From Phoronis australis (Eukaryota > Animalia > Phoronida): 64,000 nt of DNA. Positions 61,712 to 64,000 of the stretch are shown in pieces. The translations under genes and the position numbers were made by a program. The notes below the pieces were generated by a model. The model saw nothing but the letters and a program-made list of their open reading frames with translations, did not search any database and was not told the DNA's origin. Each line of letters opens with the position of its first letter. The stretch's first letter is position 1. The stretch covers positions 911,202 through 975,201 of the forward strand of contig NMRA01000080.1 of NCBI GenBank assembly GCA_002633005.1, given 5' to 3'.

Positions 61712-63767
61712 CAGATGTTTACACCATACTATAACATGGATGACAGAGAACGGATGTTTACTACTTACCAATATTTGAGAAGTTATCGTTTAATAACGCG
61801 TCTTGAACATGCCTTACAGGGAGGTGACGACCACAGTTCGCTATTCTTATCTTACAATTTGCTATGAAATCAGTCACAGTACTTCTACAGGCGGATTTAG
61901 GACACAATATGGAGAACAAGGGATTTTTCTCATTTTTGTAAGATCTTTGTAGCATCAAATTGGACCCCTTACCAAGTCCATTGGTTGAAAAGTTACCTCT
62001 TCCACAGGCCATGATAGCTTGTGTTGTACCGGTATTTCAACACGGAGCAGATAATTCTGTTCACATTCACGAAGAATCCTATCAAACTTCTCGAAAAGAC
62101 GGTAAAGTCACAAAAGGTGAGCATATTTGAAATAGTGGTGTTACATTTTGTCTTTTTAGTCAAAATTGAGAATCGTTGACTACATAACGACGAAGTACGG
62201 CATTATCAAGACACTCTCTGTTGTTAGCATCAGTACACACCGTTTTGATGCGATAACATGTTTTTATCAATATATACCGTTTGGTATGATATTCTGTTTA
62301 CATTAGCATATTCCATTTTGATACGATATCATGTTTACGTCAGTATATACCATTTTGAAGCGATGCCATGTTTTCACCAGCCCAGCATCATCATCAACAC
62401 GCGTGACGTTATCATTAATTTGTTGCGATGCGCAGTAAAATTTTTGTAGTAAACAAAAAGAGAATTCCGTTGTCATTTCAGTCACAGCATCTCATCGTGA
62501 ATTGTCTGAAGATGACGTTCACACGGCTCTCCAAGGCGCAGGCATCAACAGAACAACAGCGGAACCAAGGCAACACTTAACTCGGTCCCTCAATAACTTA
62601 CGTACAGGTGAAAATATTCATAAATTGGTTGCTATTCGCTGCAAAATGTTTTCGAAATTGAAAAGGCAGAGAGCTTAACGGGAAATGTTCGGCAAGCACA
62701 TGACTCACCGAAGCATTGCACCTATATGGCGGTGCATAAAAAACGCTTCAGTCACTCGTTGTGTTGAGTATTATCAGTTTTTGATTTCCTTTATTATTTC
62801 CGATATGGAACACGGAAAGGTCTTTATCAATCGAGATACGGCCACATGTAGGAGCACTTGATAAATTTACAGTCGTAGATGTATTTCCGTATTTTATTGG
62901 TAATAACTCAAGCACGATTTTATTTTCGAGCCTCGGAAGTGGGATCACCTGTATTAAAGAGTTCCCACCATGCATTTTCTTACTTTTTCAGGTTTCAGTT
63001 AGCTAATATGAATCGAATACCATAAAATCTTGCTAAATAGGCACTTTTTATGCCAAATAGTGGCAACTTTTTTAATTTTGAAGAAAAATTACTTATTTCT
63101 AAGTTTCCCGCCAAATGATGCAATGGGTGGAAGACGGTTGGCCGCTTGACAATCATTTGCAATGTCGGAACACTGCAGGTCAGAAGACAATGACAATATT
63201 AGGCGAGAATTGGACAATTATTATGCAGACAGAGAGGAGAGTGGATACGGGCACTTATACTCAAGTACTTGAAGAATCAGACAATGAATTCGATTTCCCA
63301 TTTAGCGAACTTTCGTCGGGTTTCAGGCCGTATGAACTCGACCCACTTGCACGAGAAATGACATATGTGAGCCACAACCAACTCTACCAAGTGGTGGTCA
63401 CTACTCACAAAATAGACACTTAATAATTACTGACAAAGGCCACAGCCAACCTGGGTTACTCGTATTCACTATTGCCGTGATGGAATGAGCACAGTCTAAA
63501 CACAATATGCATAAGCCTACTTGTAGTAGCACTCGATCTGGGCCGGGGTCCAGGGCCTGGCATCACTCGCCCTAGAATGGAAGCAGTTTGTTCGTTATTT
63601 ACAAAATTTGCAAATGCACTTACTTGGTGGTGAGTCCTTCATTGTAACGCCGCTTATGTGTGTGGTCGAAACACGATTCTTTGAAATGTGCCGATCAAAG
63701 TGTGGCTTACGCCAAACTGAATCTCATGTTCCACACTGACACTCCACACTCTTGTTCGACGCACAAT

Positions 63768-63912
63768 CATGGGTGGCGCAGCACTGAAAAAAGTGGGGGC
63801 TAACCCCCCTCAGCCCTCCTGTGTTGCACCGCCTATAGACCATGGGCGGCTTAGCCCTGAAAAAGTGGGGGGCTATAGCCCTACCCTAGGCCCCTATGGT
63901 GCGCCGCCCATG
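63768..63912 (+). mobile_element. MITE family A copy (dimer)
   Basis: CATGGGTGGCGC...GCGCCGCCCATG; flanks ACAAT/ACAAA (4/5 TSD). Confidence 0.8.
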
Positions 63913-64000
63913 ACAAACCGATGCCATTTTTGTGCAACTTTCACGTATTTAGGAAATTTGAACACTAAGACGTTCACAGTCAAGTTGTTGTTACCACAGT

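Noticed and set aside
60200-62975. Series of 60-110-aa minus-strand ORFs as a possible gene
   Set aside because: No recognisable motifs and no consistent splice chain.

Overview
This is eukaryotic, AT-rich genomic DNA, most likely from a marine invertebrate animal (inferred from GT-AG introns, MITE and Kolobok-type repeats, and CTCF-like motifs). The main feature is one apparently complete 27-coding-exon gene on the minus strand (49192 to 22766, about 1,243 aa). I assembled it by hand, and every splice phase is consistent. It encodes a STAND-type protein: DUF4062 (TIR/NDT-like), then a NACHT-like P-loop NTPase, then TPR repeats, resembling the NPHP3/TEP1-like family. The first 14.4 kb is almost all repeat. 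It holds a higher-order array with a period of about 2.35 kb, and a foldback palindrome of about 1.4 kb built from a ~61-bp minisatellite whose tip carries two mutually inverted hairpins (T-shaped). It also holds a 1.3-kb tandem duplication with a hairpin insertion in one copy. Elsewhere are a palindromic Kolobok-type THAP transposon remnant, two CATG-ended MITE families with 5-bp TSDs, other MITE and SINE relics, three phase-compatible orphan exons on the plus strand, and an assembly gap (N at 21274) with duplicated flanks. Most ORFs in the supplied track are spurious.
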